A stretch of DNA of 64,000 nucleotides from the human T2T-CHM13v2.0 reference genome, Homo sapiens. Position 1 is the stretch's first letter. Every line of letters begins with the position of its first letter. This document shows positions 61,313-64,000 of the stretch, one piece after another. A program made the translations under genes and the position numbers. The stretch lies in assembly GCF_009914755.1 (NCBI RefSeq), contig NC_060934.1, one strand, 5' to 3'. The notes below the pieces were generated by a model. The model was not told the origin of the DNA. It saw only the letters and a list, made by a program, of their open reading frames with translations, and did not search any database.

Positions 61313-61995
61313 ACTTGATCCATTCTGTTGATGTGAGTATGAACCTACAGTAGTGTTTTACAAGCTGCCCACCAAGGGATGTCTAAAATCTGTTGTCTCT
61401 TCACCATTCTGAAAGGAGCAGGTGCCTAGGCAGGCTCAGGATCACACCTCTGCCATGCCTGGAGATGGGGTGGGACCCGGCGCAAACCTCCTAAGAGCTC
61501 AGCGGCTGCTGTCTGGGAGCCCATAGCTCACGTGAAGCACCTGTGTGGGACTGGGCCATTTTTTTGGCTTCCTCCTCCATTCTGGGAAGTTTTCCCAGCA
61601 GCTGAGTGTGGAAGCAAGAACTGAGGTTGTTGACAGGAGCTGCTGAAGGAACAGGCACACCAAGTTTCTGGGAGGATTTACTATTTAGTAAACAAGCAGC
61701 TGGGAGGCAAACAAAGATTCTAGGCAAGTTTCCTACTGAAGGACATTGGAAATCAGTGACCTCTCAAAAAGAGCAAAACTACCCTGAAGATTAACAAATA
61801 ATGCCATGGGAATGCAAAATGGTGCTGCCACTATGCAAAACAGAATGATGGGCTCCCAAAATATTAAAAATAGAATTACCATATAATCCAGCAATTTCAT
61901 TGCTGCATATCTAGCCAAAACAATTGGAAGCAGGGACTTGAACAGATATTCATACACTCACACTCATGGCTGCATTACTCACAATAACCAAGAGT

Positions 61996-62310
61996 TATGT
62001 TTTGGATAAAATAGTGTCTCTACAAAATTTATACATTGAAGCCCTAAGCCCCAATGATACTGTATTTGGAGACAGCCCCTTTAAAGAGGCAGTTAGGGTT
62101 AGATGAGGAAGCAATACCAGGGAGACAGACAGAAAGAAGGCCATGTGAGAAGGCAGCTGTCTGCAAGACAAGGAGAGAGGCTCAGGAGAAATTGACCCTG
62201 CTGGCACCTTGATCTGAGACTTCCAGTCTTCAGGACTGTGAAAAAATACATTTCTGTTGTTTAAGTTTCCAAGTCTGATATTTGTTATGGAAGAACTAAC
62301 AGACTAACAC
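61996..62310 (+). mobile_element. MLT1A-like LTR nested in the L1
   Basis: gtatttggagac..cctttaaagagg...ccctgctggcaccttgatctgagacttccag...tttgttatgg...agactaacaca. Confidence 0.75.
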
Positions 62311-62546
62311 AAGGTGGACACAGCCCAAGTGTCCATGAGCGGATGAATGGATAAACCAAACGTGGTTATGCACATACAATGGAACATTGTTCAGCATTCA
62401 AAAGGAAGGAATTCTGACACAGCAACATGCCACAACATGTATAAACTTTGAGGACATTATGCTAAGTGAAATAAACCAATCACAAAAGGATAACTACTGT
62501 ATACTCCCACTTGCATAAGATATTTAGAGTAGTAAAATTCATCGAA

Positions 62547-62827
62547 GCTGGAAGCGGTGGCCTAAGCCTGTAAATCCCAGCACTTTGGGAGGCTGAGACA
62601 GGCGGATCACTTGAGGCCAGGAGGTTGAGACCAGGCTGGCTAACATGGGGAAACCTCGTCTATACTAAAAATATAAAAATTAGCTGGGCATGGTGGCACA
62701 CACCTGTAATTTCAGCTGCTCAGGACACTGAGGCACGATAATTGCTTGAACCCGGGAGTTTGGGGTTGCAGTGAGCTGAGATTGTACCACTGCACTTCAG
62801 CCTGGGCAACAGAGCAAGACTCCATCT

Positions 62828-62860
<33 letters not shown>
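62547..62860 (+). mobile_element. Alu (S/J) with tail converted to (AT)n
   Basis: Alu body, then (AT)15 at 62831-62860. Confidence 0.88.
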
Positions 62861-62863
<3 letters not shown>

Positions 62864-63069
62864 TCATACAGAAAGTAGAATGGTGGTTATCAAGAGCTGG
62901 TGCTGGGGGGTGGGACATAGGGAGGAGATGGGAGCTATTGTTTAATGGGTACAGAGTTTTATATTGGGAAGATGAAAAAAGTTCTGGAGATGGATGGTAG
63001 TGATGGTTGCCCAACAGTGTGACTGTACTTAATGTCACTGAACTACACACTTAAAAATGTTTAAATGGT

Positions 63070-63701
<632 letters not shown>

Positions 63702-64000
63702 TTAGATATATTTTAAGAATTTTTAAAAATGAATGAAAGGTAAAGTAAAAAGAAAGGCTAGCATTCTTTCTTTAACTTTACCTTTCATTCTTTTTTTTTT
63801 AATTGTAGAACCAGCTGCCTGTCTCAAATTTGTAAGTGCTCTTGTATATTCTGCAAAGCAGAAGAGGGCATAGCTTTCAGGTTCCCACAGAACGAGAGGG
63901 AATGTCAGCTTTGCTACATACCATGTGTCTGACTTTGGCCAAGCATCCTAGTTATTCTGGGCCTTAATGTCCTCTGTATAAAGGGGCAGTGTTAACAACA

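Noticed and set aside
60539-61331. Overlapping His/Thr/Pro-rich ORFs
   Set aside because: Stop-poor CA-rich low-complexity DNA stays open in several frames.

Overview
AT-rich primate (very probably human) genomic DNA containing the 3' parts of two convergent genes; I recognise the pair as the human chr10q21 locus from memory. On +, PHYHIPL has four GT-AG coding exons (10596-10792, 12775-12949, 14880-14997, 21361-21895). They splice in frame to encode an FN3 domain and the PHYHIP C-terminal domain; exon 1 lies left of the window. On -, FAM13C has nine coding exons (59761 down to the stop at 23919) that splice in frame to give 416 C-terminal residues; earlier exons lie right of the window. The two 3' UTRs meet or overlap at about 22.4-23.9 kb. 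The rest is intron filled with Alu (including a very young AluYa5), L1, L2, MIR, CR1, MaLR/ERV1 LTRs, DNA transposon relics and microsatellites. Most short ORFs in the track are spurious. Best leads: (1) an R-S-E ADP-ribosyltransferase-like signature in the PHYHIPL C-terminal domain; (2) RECQL4/Sld2-like helical repeats in FAM13C whose halves can be re-paired by in-frame exon skipping; (3) a NAGNAG acceptor inside a PP2A-B56-type docking motif; (4) an interlocked bidirectional polyA site between the genes; (5) DNA-repair-type scars at L1 junctions. Exon numbers and repeat subfamily names come from recall and were not computed.
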